In this document: piece after piece, positions 25,533 through 37,249 of the stretch
How the letters are laid out: each line of letters opens with the position of its first letter
Numbering within the stretch: position 1 is the stretch's first letter
Assembly: GCA_964016885.1 (NCBI GenBank)
Contig: OZ024745.1
Coordinates: forward strand, 99,882,001 to 99,946,000
Length of the DNA stretch: 64,000 nucleotides
Reading direction: 5' to 3'
Origin: Eledone cirrhosa
Lineage: Eukaryota
Notes under the pieces: model-generated
The model's input: only the letters and a program-made list of their open reading frames with translations
Told to the model about the DNA's origin: nothing
Databases searched by the model: none
Program-made: the position numbers and the translations under genes

Positions 25533-25824
25533 TGGGGCGTGAATTGAATGGGTTTTACTGGAACCCTAAATTATAATGTGCACATAAAAAATTATTTCTA
25601 GAAAATAAGGCAGGGACTAAGAAAAAGTGATTGAGTAGAATCTTGAACTTGATTAAAACTCATTTAGTCCTTTATTTGTTAAAGTTGGTAGAAATTGCCA
25701 GTAAAAAAGATAACATCTGTTTGTACGAATATCAACTGACATTTTAGTTACATCCAGAAAATTTGAAATCCTGTGGAGTATCTAACAAACACTGAATTTG
25801 ATACAATAGCTGCTTGCTAAAAAT

Positions 25825-25862
<38 letters not shown>

Positions 25863-25867
<5 letters not shown>

Positions 25868-26075
25868 AACGAGTAAAACCCGACGGCTGAGCTCAAGCCG
25901 TTTCGACGGCTAATTCTGGACTAAAATGTTTTTAGTCCAGAATTAGCCGTCGAAACGGCTTGAGCTCAGCCGTCGGGGTTTTACTCATTCCTATTACCCA
26001 CTCTACTACCCTAAGTATTGAGTACTTTGGTGCATTATGGTCCTCCTGGTTCCTTACCACATTTCCTTCGTTTTA
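25863..26075 (+). mobile_element. Penelope-like 3' end between (TA)n tracts, with near-perfect palindrome 25863-25994 containing the 3' half of a hammerhead
   Basis: GAAA-CGGCT-TGAGCTC-AGCCG-TC (stem III plus GTC). Downstream ACTCTACT..AGTATTGAGTACT is shared with 18850-18900 (minus). Confidence 0.6.
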
Positions 26076-26120
26076 TATATATATACATTATGGTTAATTT
26101 TTGTAAATCATGTAAAACAC

Positions 26121-27100
26121 TTAGATGTTAAACGATCTGGATATTTCAGTTAGGAAGCAGTCAACAAGTTGAGAAAGGTCCCTCACTGCATTCTCTTCTG
26201 TGCCTGACATAGACAAGATTTTCCTTAAGATCCTTACTGCACCAACAAGTGCTGTCTTCTGCATGACCTGTAACCTTGCATCAATTCTGATTCTATTTAC
26301 ACAGTCCTCAAAACTCTCCAATATGCACCCCAATGTTCCAATCACCACTGGAATCACTAAAACCTTCTTTATCATTTTGCCAACATGATGTTTAATGTAG
26401 TTAGTTCAAAGAGCCTGCTCCTCCTGGGTGCTGTACACCAACTAGAGCTTCAGTGCATTCTTTTAGATCGCCATTTTTAAGTTATGACCAGCTCTTTTCC
26501 CAATCAATGTCTACTTTATCGCTAATGTACTGTCCATACATAAGTTTATCATTCCATTTCTTTTCAAGTTCTTTTTACATTCTCTTCTTACATTCATTAG
26601 TTTCTACTGCATCAGCAAATTTCAATGTGTTGAGGTCTCTTACTTTTGACATGATGTTTATTCCTTACATTTTTAAGGTATCAAGCTAGGTTATTCTCTT
26701 CCCTTTTGACACAATTTTCACAACTTATTAGTTCTTCCTCCTTTCTTTCTTCCCACATAAAGTCTTGTAACATTACTCTTTTGGTGGAATTCTTTATGCA
26801 CTGTCATCAATTTGCTAATTTTCCTATCAATAGTTATCTTTTCTTCATTTAATAACTTCTGCCTCATAGTGCATGAGAGACACAACCTATGTATTCATTG
26901 CCTTGATCTTATTCCTTCCATTCAATTCAGACATTACAAGTCTCACTCGCTGCCCAGGGTACTCTTTTTTTAACCACTTCATTTCTTTCTCTTTGAGCTT
27001 ATCCAACTCAAAGACCCCCAAATATTTTTATCCTTGCTTTCCTTTCCCACTTCTTTAATAATCTGGCCATTTGCAAGCTCAATCCCTTTACTCTTTGTTA
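26121..27100 (-). mobile_element. Decayed R4/Dong-like retrotransposon
   Basis: VIPVVIGTLG...MQKTALVGAVRILRKIL C-terminus. KYLGVFELD-like RT remnant near 27000-27030. Confidence 0.65.

Positions 27101-27102
<2 letters not shown>

Positions 27103-27184
<82 letters not shown>
27103..27184. repeat. (TC)n(TA)n microsatellite
   Basis: Seen directly. Confidence 0.95.
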
Positions 27185-27186
<2 letters not shown>

Positions 27187-28136
27187 GGCTCCTGAACATT
27201 ACAGAAAAGTAACTCCAAATAATTTACTGTCTGTGGCATACACTGTAAATGTCTCTGAGTAACATTACATTGGAAACCACTTGAAAATAGGTAACCAGGA
27301 TGTTCATGGCATTGGCTTGTACATACTGATCTGAAAAAATTGGACTGATTTCAGATTTCTGTGTTTATGTTAGAAAAGCTGGAGAAAATTAATTGTTATT
27401 TTTATGTCCCTCAAAGAACAAAAGAGGTTGATTCAAATTGAAAATAGTCAGAAGATTAGTAATGTTAATAAAGGATGAAGTTTGAGTGAGAGCAAAACTT
27501 GTACTTTGATTCATCAACATTTTACACTTGCTTTTCTGCTCAGTTTTGTATAACTCAAGCCATCCAGTCGCATCATTTTTATCAACTTCTTTAGACTTGA
27601 CATCATTTTCCATTGTCACAGTGTCTTGTTGAATTTGATGTAGATTTCTACTGGTGGAAACAGTTTGACCATGTTTTTTCAAACACCATTCATAGCTAAG
27701 GGCTTCCTACATTGATATAACTAGAGTTTGTGTTGCCTGGAGCAGTATTTGAGTTTTCCCCACTCCACACTGAAAAATACAATACAATACAGGCAGTTCT
27801 GCATAAATATTTATGTTATATGTCATATAGATATGTATGTACATGCATGATGTACAAGTCTGTATGGAATGGTAAAAAATTAACTGAGCACACAATACAA
27901 TGTGCACAGCGTATAATTTTTATTTTCTGATGAAAAAGGTGATAGTTTTGATTATGGTTCATTTTCAGAAAATACATGCAGCTATTTTAGCAAAGTGTGG
28001 TTCTTAAAATGTTGAAATTTCCATAAGGGCAGATTTAGGAGTCATACATTAAAGTGCTGAATTTCTGTAATGCGGAGTATGCCTTTATTCTAACTGGCAT
28101 GTTTTTGTCACTCTTTGGTACCATGTATATCATATA

Positions 28137-28999
28137 CTAGCAGTGGTACCCGGTGTTGCACGGGATAAGGTATTTTGGAACGCGGGCCGCCAACAGACCT
28201 AATCGTGGAAAAACTGCTTGCCTGGACAATATGTAAAGAAAATAAACCGAATACTCAGATGGCTGGATAATCTTTAAGATTTTCCTCGATGAAGCAGGAA
28301 AAATGCAGGTTTTCACCTAATGCAGGCCCTGGGGGATCAAGAAAATGGATTTTTTTTATGTGCATAATATGCCTTGAAATTTCGGAAAAATCGGCTAGAC
28401 GTAACGCCTCCAAAAAGCCCTAAGAAGCTGAAAAAATGAAGTTTTTCACCTAATGCGGGCCCTAGGCCATAAGAAAGTTGGATTTTCTTTGTTACGGTAT
28501 GAAGAAGAGACTGACTAATACATAGTTACAATTTCAAGGAAATCGGTCTGACGTAACGCCTCAAAAAACCCCTAAAAATCTTTAAAAACGCAGTTTTTCA
28601 CCTAATGATGGCCCTAGGAGATAAAAAAGTTGAGTACTTCTCGGGTTGGGTACTTCTCGAGTTTTAGAGATTCAAACTCACAGACACAGATAGACATTCT
28701 CAGGGAAGTGACGTAATGCAGACAGCCAGACATACAGACAGATAGTATAAGGGCACGACGTTATATGTATGTATCTATCTAAAAAGAGAAAGACCAAGAA
28801 TTATAGAGCGAGATCGCTAAATCGCTTAATGCGGTCCCTAGGGCATTGAAAATTTGAAATTTTTTTGGCTCAGAACACTCCCTGAAACATAAGTATTACA
28901 TGTGTAAAGTTTGAAAACAGTCGGTTTGGTTGTTCTTGAGTTTTAGGGATTCAAACTCACACACACACAGACAGACATCCTCAGTTTTATATATATAGA
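28137..28999 (-). mobile_element. Complete non-autonomous Helitron with internal ~130-150-bp tandem units
   Basis: Minus strand starts A|TCTATATATATAAAA and ends CCCGTGCAACACCGGG hairpin + TACCACTGCTAG|T (AT insertion, no TSD). CCTAATG..GGCCCT-type motif recurs at about 28311, 28443, 28596 and 28828. Confidence 0.85.
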
Positions 29000-29012
29000 T
29001 TATTTCTGTATA

Positions 29013-29014
<2 letters not shown>

Positions 29015-29063
<49 letters not shown>
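29015..29063. repeat. (TA)n microsatellite
   Basis: Seen directly. Confidence 0.95.
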
Positions 29064-29070
<7 letters not shown>

Positions 29071-29789
29071 TATGTTAGCTGCTCAAATTTATTAATTTCA
29101 AGATCTCAATTTCTTGTACTTAAGAATTGAAATGTTCCAATTGATTATATTAATTTCTAGCTTTAACAAATGTCAACAAAATCTTAAATCTCTTTATATC
29201 ACCTTTCTTTATGAAATAAAATCTTCTCTTTTTATAAATATCAGCTTATTTCAATTTGTCCTTGAAGAATTGGATGCATGCAATATTCCTCTAGGGTTAA
29301 ATTTACATAATTTTATTTCATATCACTCTGTTTCTCCTCCATTACTCCCCTCACATCACTGTCCTATCTCCTATTCTCACTTGAACATGTTTGCCTTTGG
29401 TATGAGACAACCTCCTTAATATTGGTGTTACTATAAAATGCACTTAGTACTCTTCATGTAAGAGTTGATATTAAAATGGTAACATCATAAAGTAGGGATT
29501 CTTCAGTGTTAGACATAAAGGTGCTAATTTTTTAAGTAAAGGGAAACTATTTCATTTTCAACTAGGGAAAGCTTTCATCATCATGGTAACATACTAGCAT
29601 GGGTTGGGTGAGTTTTTTGAGGCAGTATTCTACAGTCATCTGTCTTTCTTGATATCAGCCTATATATATATATATATTTTTTAAAGTAAGCTACATGTTC
29701 GACTGATTTTCACACACCAAATCCCCAAACCACCAACTACCCAAATGGTGTCCATGCAAAGATATATAGACAAACACACATATACACAG

Positions 29790-29930
29790 CAAGCCTCTGC
29801 ACAGTTTCCATCTACCAAATTTCACCCACAAGGCATTGGTCACCCCAAGGTTATGCACAAGTTACCATGCTATAGATTTCAACCTGAAATCACTGGGTAG
29901 GCAAAGCAAACTTTTTAACCACACAGTTGT
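29790..29930 (-). mobile_element. Old SINE of a second family (CORE-like). Other copies at 34640-34792 (-), 46496-46612 (+) and 52300-52427 (-)
   Basis: Shared GCTGTGTGGTTAAG head, CCTTGGGCAAG core and ACCAATGCCTTGTG...TGGTAGATGGAAACTG tail. Confidence 0.65.
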
Positions 29931-32074
29931 ATATACACCTGTCTGGATTATTACTCCTTTCACTTTTTTTAAGACATTATATGATCATGAAAGAATTGAA
30001 TGAAATAATTATTTTTTAATTTACTGTTTTACATACTATGATAGATTGTATTGCTTTTATAACCTGACTTGCATTGCATATTGCTAGAATTGGATTCTCT
30101 TAACTTTGGAAATAGGAATGAAACTTCTTCAATCAACCTAATGGACTAACATAAAGCTTTAATCAATGTAATGGACAAAGCTATGTGACCTGACTAAGGT
30201 CATACTGCAATGACTATTACTAACTAGCACCTTAACCTCTTCCATTATGCCTCATTATTTTCAACTCCTTAATTTTTTTTTTCCAGTTGTTATTTAGATT
30301 AATTTATCTTGCATACAATTCATCCAAATAGTTTGTAGAAATGTTGATGTTCAAAGTGGAAAAGTTATGCTCAAAGTGGAAAAATTATGCTCAACATTCA
30401 TATAGGATGGCTCTCTTGGATTAGCAGAATGAACAGGATAGATAAGATTAACTAGGTTAGTTCAATGTTTAGATAGATTGAAATTGATGTTTCATTCAAA
30501 ATATTGGAGAGGGGGGAATTATACAACTTCCAAGGGATTAATATCAAGTGTAGCTCACAGGAACAATTTTTTGTTGTAGAGATAGACATTTTCTTCAATA
30601 TTTAGTTGACTCTTTTGATAGTAAATCACCTGAAACCACCCTTGGTTTAACTATAGATATTAAGCTGTTTATTTTAAAGTGTTTATCATTATCTAAAACA
30701 AAAACTTCCAACATAATTTTATGTAAGAACTTTTATTAAGTTATGTTCTGATTATTACTAAATTCCTCCAAAATTTTGATTATTTTCAAAATTATTTGAA
30801 AATAATAGGCATTTTTTAAATTAGAAATATGGTAATGGAAGAGTTAAACCTTTCATGGCCACATTTCTAATGAAATATACTCTATTTTAATTAAGAATTT
30901 TGAGGGGTTTACTAAAAAGATTAATTATTTCATTACTAAGATAGTAAATTAATTAATATAAAATTATATTGTACTATTTTAATTTAAATTGGAAGCCCTT
31001 AAAATAGGTGGTTTTATTTCATAGAATGAGAGCCAGTTTTGGTTGGGTTGGAAACTAAAGTTTAAAACATCTTTAGTGTCACCATTAATTTCAAAAGATG
31101 GAGACCATTGTTGTATTATATAAGAGATAAAGTCCTTGGAGAGTTGAGCTTCACAGAAACATAAAAATCAAGAAATGTTCATTTATAATTGGTTAGTTTT
31201 CTTTGAAATATCGAAAGAAGTTTACTTTCCTGTAAATAAGAATGAAGTTGTATGCTTTAATAGTTAATGGCCATAAATAGAATGGTTGGAAAGGTAGGTT
31301 GCTACCAAATATGTGTGCTTATGGTTTCATTGTCAGAGGGAAGGGATGTGGCCTGGTGGCTAGGGGTTTTGACTCATGATGGGGTTTGATTCCTGGTCTA
31401 TTTGGTATATTGTGTTGTCGAACAAGATGCTTCATTTTATGTCACTTCAGGCCACTCAGCTAAAAAAAAAAAAAAATTTGTATCACCATTAATATACAGG
31501 TGACTGACCCAGGGGAAGTCTTTTCATGATAGGTCTAGGGCTCCTATCATTAAAAATATTGAGAAATCTCCTGTGAGATGCAACTTTGTAGGAGGCTAGC
31601 GAAACATAGATTTAAAATGTAGCAACAATAACAATGGAGTAATTTATTTGTGTAGCTGTTAATCGATTTATTGTGTTTGTGTTGTTAGTGTATGTAATTA
31701 GTTGTGAAATCTCTCATGTCCACCTAGGAATATAGTGTGATGGTATGTTGCATGTTGGCTATCATATACAGTATGGGTTAGACAGAATAAGGTATTTGCC
31801 CAACAAAAATACTGGCCAAAACAATTGGGTGTACTCTTTACAGCAGTTCTCTAAACTTATCATGGGGACTATTTACATCTAGGTTGAGTTGTTAAAAATT
31901 GCTAGGACCTTAGACATAGGCAGTGCCAATGATAAGATGAAAATGTAATTTTTGGCCAATAGTCAAACACACTATCAACAAAATAAGTTATAATTGGAAT
32001 GATGTGATTGCAAGATATGATATGGGGGAGGAAAAGTTGAAAAAGGTTTTATTTTCCCATTGGTTTTATTTTCC

Positions 32075-34007
32075 AAGATAGGGAAGGCAACCGGTCCATC
32101 GGGTATAGCTGCCGAGATGCTGAAGGCATCTGGGTCTGTAGGTCACACTATAACCACACGTATCGTTAACCAGGTAATACTAGAGGGGGCCATACCAAAA
32201 GATTGGTGCAGTAGCATCATTGTCAACTGCTACAAAGGTAAAGGCGATGCACTAGATAGAGGAAACTATAGAGGTATAAAGTTGATGGACCAGGTCATGA
32301 AAGTAACAGAAAGAGTTATAGCACAGCTGATTAGGGACCGGGTGAATATAGACGAGATGCAATTTGGGTTTGTACCAGGGAAAGGCACCACTGATGCCCT
32401 CTTCCTTGTGAGGCAATTACAGGAAAAGTACCTAGCTAAAAGTAAGCCACTCTACTTGGCATTTGTCGACCTTGAGAAAGCCTTTGACAGAGTTCCACGT
32501 GCAGTAATCTGGTGGGCTCTTAGAAAACTAGGAGTAGATGAATGGCTTGTGAAAGCGGTACAAGCCATGTATAGGGGAGCAGTCAGCAAAGTTAGGATTG
32601 GCAATGAGTATAGCGAGGAATTTAGCGTACAGGTTGGGGTCCACCAGGGCTCTGTTCTTAGCCCTCTCCTGTTCATCATAGTCCTGCAGGCAATAACGGA
32701 GGAGTTTAAGACCGGATGCCCATGGGAACTCCTGTATGCTGATGACCTCGCACTCATAGCTGAATCTATGGTAGAACTAGAGAATAAATTCCAAACCTGG
32801 AAGCAGGGACTAGAGAGAAAGGGCCTCAAAGTCAACATGACAAAGACTAAGGTCCTTGTAAGTAGACGAGAAAACAGAACCCAGATCCCCTCAGGGAAAT
32901 GGCCTTGCTCAGTATGTAGGAAAGGTGTAGGTAGGAACTCCATTCTCTGCCCCAAATGCAAACAATGGGTACACAAGAGATGTAGCGGGATCTCAGGAAG
33001 CTTAATTAAGAATGTAGGATTCACATGCAGCAGCTGTGCTGAAACAACAAGCAAACAGCCACAGGAAACAAGTACCACCAATCTCTGGGAGGGCCCTGTA
33101 GAAACAGTAGACAGCTTCTGCTACCTAGGTGACCGAATTAGCAACGGAGGTGGGTGCTCAGAAAGTACAATAACTAGGGTAAGAACGGGATGGAAGAAGT
33201 TTAGGGAACTACTACCACTGCTAGCTGCAAAAGGCTTCTCCCTCAGAATGAAAGGCAGACTGTATGATGCGTGTATCCGAACAGCGATGTTGCATGGTAG
33301 TGAGACCTGGGCGCTGAAGGTGGAAGACTTACGTAGATTAGAGAGAAACGAAGCCTGCATGCTCCGATGGATGTGTAACAGTAATATACGTGAACGACAA
33401 AGCATAAAGGAATTGAGAGAGAGACTGAGCATAAGAGGAATCAAATGCTGCGTGCAGGAGAGGCGGTTACGCTGGTATGGACATGTGATGCGTATGAAGG
33501 ATGACAGCTGCATAAAAAGGTGCAGAGCACTAGAAGTTGATGGAAACCGCGGAGTGGGGAGACCCAAGATGACTTGGGATGAGGTGATAAAAGCCAACCT
33601 TACCCAACTACACCTCTCAAAGTCAATGACACACGACCGTGACTTCTGGCGTCACGCAGTACTATAGGGTACCCGACCTCCCATGGGTACATGCTGAAGC
33701 ATATAAACAATATGCCCCCCCCCACCCCACCGCAAGGTGGCCGTGGAGGTGCCACGGCAAAAAAGCACCCAGCCCACACTGTAAAGTGGACGTGTAGGTG
33801 CCACGAAAAAGCACCCAGCACTCACTGTAAATGAGGTTGGTGTTAGGAAGGGCATCCAGCTGTAGAAATCAAGCCAGATCAGTTCCTGTATGAGCAAGGC
33901 ATGGTCAGCCGACCAGACACTGCCCACAACAGGACAACCCGTCTAACCCATGCTAGCGTGGAAGAACGGACGTAAAACGGTGGTGATGATGATGATGATG
34001 ATGATGA
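32075..34007 (+). mobile_element. RTE LINE family B, 5'-truncated, uninterrupted RT ORF (no endonuclease), PHD-like finger at 32906-33037
   Basis: ORF 32060-33667 (the first few codons are flank) has all RT motifs and the RTE C-terminus. 3'UTR ends GAACGGACGTAAAACGG(TGA)n. Confidence 0.97.
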
Positions 34008-34381
34008 TTGTGTCAAGGAGTTGAAACATTAAGCTGCAGAAGTTTGGAGGGACTAGTTTATAAGATGAATTCTTGTGAGATATTATTGTTTCGAGTGATC
34101 ATTTGTTAAGCTATTTGCTAATGATAACAAGTAACTGTAATCACTTTACATATTTTGAATTTCATTATTATAACTTGGCTGGTGATAGAAGTATGTTTAT
34201 GGGGAAGCTTTGGTTTATCTAAAAAGTTTCATGCTATCATACGTTGAGATAAAACTCCTCACAGATGTTCTATGGTTGGGTCCCTTTCCTGATGCCAACT
34301 TCTACTTTAAGTATGGTATATATAGCATTAATGTTCATCAAACTACTACGTAGCAGTATGTATTGTTTATGAGGGACATAA

Positions 34382-34567
34382 ATAATTGTTTCTACTTTAG
34401 GCACAAGGCCAGCAATTACCCAGTGCATTACTGGTACTTTATTTTATTGACCCCGTAAGGATGAAAGGCAAAGTCAACCTCAGCGGGATTTGAACTCAGA
34501 TCGTAAAGGGACGTAACTATGCTGGAAAGCATGGCGTCCGACCCTCTACCGATACTGCCAATCCACC
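34382..34567 (-). mobile_element. Full-length tRNA-derived SINE
   Basis: Same family as the copy at 13916. Confidence 0.88.
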
Positions 34568-35432
34568 AATGTCACTGATTGTGGTTTGTATAAACAGTGT
34601 CGATATGACATTTTGCAGTGAAACCAGACATTATATATGACAAGTTTCTACAGTTTCCATTTACTAAACTTTCTCACAAGACAGTTTGCATAGAGTTTTA
34701 GTAGAAGATACTTGCCCAAGGTGCCATGCAGTGTGACTGGATCTGAAATCATGTGGTTGCAAAATGAACTCCTCATCCACACAGCTATGCCTCTGCCTAT
34801 GATGATATGAAGTAATTTTCTAGGCATGATGGAAAGATAACTCCTCTAGATACACTCTCTATTATATTTTGATACAACATAGTTAACATTCTGAGACTAT
34901 TTACCATGCTAAAGCTTTGCAGGCCCCATAATAGGTTTCATACTCTGGATCCTTTTTGACTTATGACATACAGGGATACAGTGTATCTATTCTAAACTAT
35001 GTATTTATTATACTTTTATATGAAGAATAAATTAGAGAGCTAAACATTGACTTATCTTTTACAAATAATTTCACTCGTAATATTTGTTAGTTGTAGAGAA
35101 GCATGGCCTTCATTACAAATGAGCAAAAATCAAATGAGCCTAAATAAGGTTGAATTTGGATGGTATCATTTTGGTCAAAATAGTTATTGAAGCTTTAAGT
35201 TACAATGCCTATCATGAAGACTTCAGAAAAGTAATAGGTTTGGAAATGAAGAGAAAAACGTGTTAGCATTTGAACTAGCAAAAATCTTGTTACATCAATC
35301 TATAGATTAAAGCTGTTTCATACCAATACATTTTTTAACTAGTAAAACTAAAAATGATGAAGAGCATACGTAATATCTTAAGCTTCAAATTTCAAACCCC
35401 TCAGATTCATGATGGACTTGTGTAAACATAAA

Positions 35433-35509
35433 AGTTAAACATAAAAACAATCAATTTTATATAAAGTACTTTATACTTTATATAAAATTGATTGTTTTTA
35501 TGTTTAACT
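35433..35509. repeat. Perfect hairpin, 36-bp arms with 5-nt spacer
   Basis: AGTTAAACATAAAAACAATCAATTTTATATAAAGTA / CTTTA / reverse complement. Confidence 0.9.
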
Positions 35510-35660
35510 ACTTTGTTGTATAAATATTCATACCATTGTATAGACTATAGACTAAAATCTAATAGTTTCACTGCATGTTTTGTTTACTTAACACCTGTTG
35601 CTTGCATATATTTTTCTCATTTTTCTACATACATATCCACACACACCTTCATATAGTATA

Positions 35661-36566
35661 TGAGGTGTGTCAGAAAAGTTCCAGGACTGATGTCACAAAA
35701 AATTTATTTCAAACCCAAACTTCACACTAGTAGTTTTCTCCTTCAAAGTAATCACCCTGGAGTATGTAACTGTAATCTTAGCTCTCTGCAGCGATCAAAC
35801 TTTTTTCTTCATAATTTTATATGCATGTCCTCTGTTTCAGGTCGTCAAGCAATGAGCACAGAGCAACGAACAAACTTGAAGTTTCTGGTACGGTGAGGGA
35901 AAACTCCGTCAGAAGCACTAGGATTGCTGCAGCAAGTGTATAGAGATGAGATGATGTCACACTCACGTGTTTTTGAGTGGTGCAAGAGGTTTAAAGAAGG
36001 ACGCGAGGACGTGGAAGATGACCCCAGGAGCGGAAGGCCCTCAACAACCAGGACTGAGGTCAACGTTGAGCGCGTCAGGCAGATGGTGTGTAGCGATCGT
36101 CGGCTGACTGTTCGACTGAATGCAAATGAGCTGGGCATGAATCGGGACAGCGTCTGGAAGATTCTCACTGAAGATTTGGACATGCGGAAAGTCTGCGTGA
36201 AGATGGTGCCAAAACAGCTGAACAATGACCAGAAGGGTTGATGCATGCAAGTGTGCCAGGACATCCTCGAGCGTTTTGAAACCGAACCAGACTTGCTAGG
36301 GACAGTCATCACCGGTGATGAGTCATGGATCTTTGAGAACGACCCGGAGGGGACCCGTTTTGAAGACGTGGATGACATCAAAAAGGCCGTGGCGGAGGAT
36401 CCCGGAAGAATCCTTCCAGGAGTGCATGCAAGTGTGGCAGAAAAGGATGGAAAAGTGCATTAGACTCCAGGGGGATTACTTTGAAGGAGAAAACTCTTAG
36501 TGTGAAGTTTGGGTTTGAAATAAATCTTTTGTGACATCAGTCCTGGAACTTTTCTGACACACCTCG
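35661..36566 (+). mobile_element. Mariner transposon, internally deleted, with 69-bp TIRs and TA TSD
   Basis: TIRs at 35661-35729 and 36498-36566, flanked by TA on both sides. Transposase from ATG 35852: EQRTNLKF, EDDPRSGRPST, KMVPKQL, TGDESW, then a jump to GTRFEDVDDIK...GDYFE. In-frame stops. Confidence 0.95.
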
Positions 36567-37249
36567 TATTCTTACACTTTAATAACTATTCTCATCATCG
36601 CTACAGACCCTCTAAAATCCAGACACACCGCTCACTTGTAACCCCTTATTAGCTGTTATCATCCCAATACCTCTCTCATTATTGAAGTTCATCCCACCTC
36701 CTACCATCCTGTCAAATCCCACCACACTTGTCATACACTTATGACATCATACTTATAATCTTTCTCTCCCTTGCCCTCACCCACCATAGTATTGAAAGGA
36801 TTCTATGGTAAGTTAATAACCAAAAACCACTCTATAGCGATAGTGATTTGCATGATATACACAGCCAATGTAAGGTAGTTAGTGATAAGAAAAGCATTGT
36901 GCTGTAGAAACTATGCCAAAAGGATATTGCAAAAATGTTCATTATATTTACAAGTCATTAAATTAAATAAACAATTTAGTATTGTAAAATATAAACAAAA
37001 GCATGAAAAACATTTTCTTTCATTCTCAACATACATGCCTAGAAGTTTGTTTATACAATTTGCTGGCAATGTTCAAGATGATATGGCTTGAAACAGCTGA
37101 TCCCTTCTAATGTTCGGTTTGGAACATTAGAAGGGATTTGTTTTTCATGTCTAAAGGCCAGTTCATGGACCTGGGAAACTTCTACCAGGGACTTTTTTTT
37201 ATTTTATGATAGTCACTGATTAGTTGATGGGCCAGATTCATTCTGAAAA

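Larger units (their letters stand above)
21481..25650. repeat. Inverted repeat pair: 21481-21607 and 25528-25650
   Basis: AAGTTCAAGATTCTACTCAATCACTTTTTCTTAG...GTTCCAGTAAAA..CAATTCA is present as its reverse complement about 4 kb downstream. Confidence 0.85.

Noticed and set aside
27389-27682. 97-aa minus ORF, possibly a transposase remnant
   Set aside because: No recognisable motif; cannot be supported without a search.
32452-33597. Long antisense ORFs over the RTE copies (also 3955-5070 and 11532-11975) and over the mariner (35845-36381)
   Set aside because: They are shadow frames of the TE coding strand with no independent motifs.
35204-35240. CCTAT-CATGAAGA-CTTCAG-AAAA-GTA-ATAGG hammerhead look-alike
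   Set aside because: Both conserved boxes are imperfect; probably chance in AT-rich DNA.
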